Source: Balanoglossus misakiensis
Taxonomy: Eukaryota > Animalia > Hemichordata
Length of the DNA: 64,000 nt
Assembly: GCA_040954595.2 (NCBI GenBank)
Contig: CM082579.2
Location: forward strand, 11,843,834-11,907,833
Reading direction: 5' to 3'
A program made the position numbers and the translations under genes. Under the pieces are notes generated by a model. It was not told the origin of the DNA. It saw nothing but the letters and a program-made list of their open reading frames with translations, and searched no databases. This document shows positions 62,370 through 64,000 of the stretch, piece by piece (the first letter of the stretch is position 1; every line of letters begins with the position of its first letter).

Positions 62370-62699
62370 CATTATGAACATTAAGTCGCACATTGGTTGT
62401 GCTGTGGGAAATACCTTCTCCCGTTTCGTAAATGACTGTACAATAGTAGACAGCTTCATCTTCCTTATGCACACGTTTGATTTCTAGTGACATGTCGTTA
62501 AGCAGTGTATACTTTCCGCGTTCCGTCGTTCGAATTTGATTGCCGTTCCAATTAACTAAGTTTTTCTTTTCACTTCCCTTCACCCACGATACAACTGCAT
62601 TATCTAAAGGTTTAAGTACAGTCTCGTCCGAAGATAAACACTTGAGTATTGCGATACCATGACAGTATGCGTCGATCTGTTTTTGAATGGTTATTGAAA
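62370..62699 (-). CDS. Immunoglobulin (V/I-set-like) domain exon, phase 1-1
   Basis: tttccag|..G|gtaaga, 330 nt; AILKC...VVSWVKG...SLEIKRVHKEDEAVYYCTV...VRLNV carries the canonical C, W and D-x-A-x-Y-x-C. Confidence 0.92.
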
Positions 62700-64000
62700 C
62701 TGGAAAATAATGTGAAAGAAGTATGTGATAAAGATATTAATTTGTGTACTCATAAATTTTATATCAGAATGATGCACGAATTAAATTTTAAACTGGAGGA
62801 TAATAGGGCCAACATACGTGGAGATTGACTTGGTTATTTAGAAACTGTTGAGAAATCCGCAATGAAATGCAGCAGGCGACCAAGACGGCAGGGTGGAATT
62901 ATTGCACTTCACGCTGTATTCCGTACTCTTGATTGGCATAGGAATATAGCGTGATATTACTTGGCTGACAGAATCTATGGCCCGCTGTGAGGGAATATGG
63001 TCCGCTGGGGACTGTTTTTAGGTTCTGCGCATCTTTTCTGCACATGAAATATTATCGGTCGGACACGTTCTCCATCTCCCGCATCTTTGACTTCGAAGAG
63101 GGACACGTCGACTTAAGGTATTACGCACCTCGAAATCAAACGTCGTCTGATCATGTTGAAATTAATACTGATCATACTATGACTTTAAAACATTTGAGCT
63201 ATGGAATAAAAATGGGGGTCAACCATTTAGATTTTGGAAAAGCGCCCTCTATCTAGCACCTCTTTAAGCTTTTGCCAGTGTTCGTAGATCTTTGTAAAAT
63301 AGCCTCAACAATAAGTATTTTGGGAGGGTCGTCATATTTTTTTCACCATTACAGAATCTAAACTTACTTAATATTTTATTTTTAGCAATTTTAAGATTTT
63401 ATCTTGTTAAGTATGATAATCGCATATCAATGCAACTGTCAAATTAAACACAGAATTGCCTAAAAATCCATTGTTACAAAAATAAACTTTTTTAAAACTT
63501 GGTAGATACCTTGTTTGAAATATATCAAATCAATTAAAGGCAAACAAAAGGGGTCACCGCGCAAATTGACACAGGAAGTTAAACATGGCTTTCGGGCGTT
63601 TTCAACTGCCCAGGATAGGCTGCAAAAGTGTCTGGTTGCTATAGCAACCATTAGAATTGCAAACGCGCGAAAAATCCAGTCCCACAAATACATCATGTGT
63701 ACAAAATTAACCTCACAGCACTACACTACAACTTTGTTCGGAAAACACTGGAAATAAAATTGAACTTTACACATTCTTCGCAGAACCGTGCGTGAACAAG
63801 TAAAAAGATCGAGGCGCGACATTCCTTAACCTGTTCAGTAAGTTGTTGGAAATGTTATTGCAAATGGATAATAAACACGTCAGAATTACAACCAGCAGCG
63901 CAATATCAGTTGTCCAAAATTATCCGAGTTAAAAGTAGGCCTACATCTACAGTGTTCCGTCGATCGAAACCTTCACTGCATGTAACGACCCTGGACGAAA

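Overview
Eukaryotic (animal) genomic DNA, AT-rich, with GT-AG introns and mostly transposon-derived. The gene and TE content suggests a marine invertebrate, possibly a hemichordate or echinoderm (inference only). Three fragmented host genes can be read: (1) a + strand gene with two repeated phase-1 exons followed by EGF and C-type lectin exons (1688-14514); (2) a - strand poly(3-hydroxybutyrate) depolymerase-like gene with 3' exons at 21988-23549 and a probable signal-peptide exon plus TATA box at 53829-53974, whose catalytic middle exons I could not find; (3) a - strand Ig-domain gene (exons 58122-62699). The mobile DNA includes a Tx1/L1 ORF1 next to a (TTC)n tract, an 8-kb CACTA-ended element carrying a palindromic 115-bp satellite and a BEN-like fragment, a TTAA MITE, a tandem dimer of a 904-bp hairpin element, a PIF1 helicase fragment inside an inverted repeat, a Gypsy integrase interrupted by an L1/Tx1 RT with a 15-bp TSD, an L2 LINE, a Gypsy gag-protease, Harbinger-type MITEs, a foldback element with inverted 69-bp arrays, and an ~18-kb stack of Helentron/HINE-like elements whose heads and tails pair like nested parentheses. 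All family assignments come from visual motif recognition; no searches were run.
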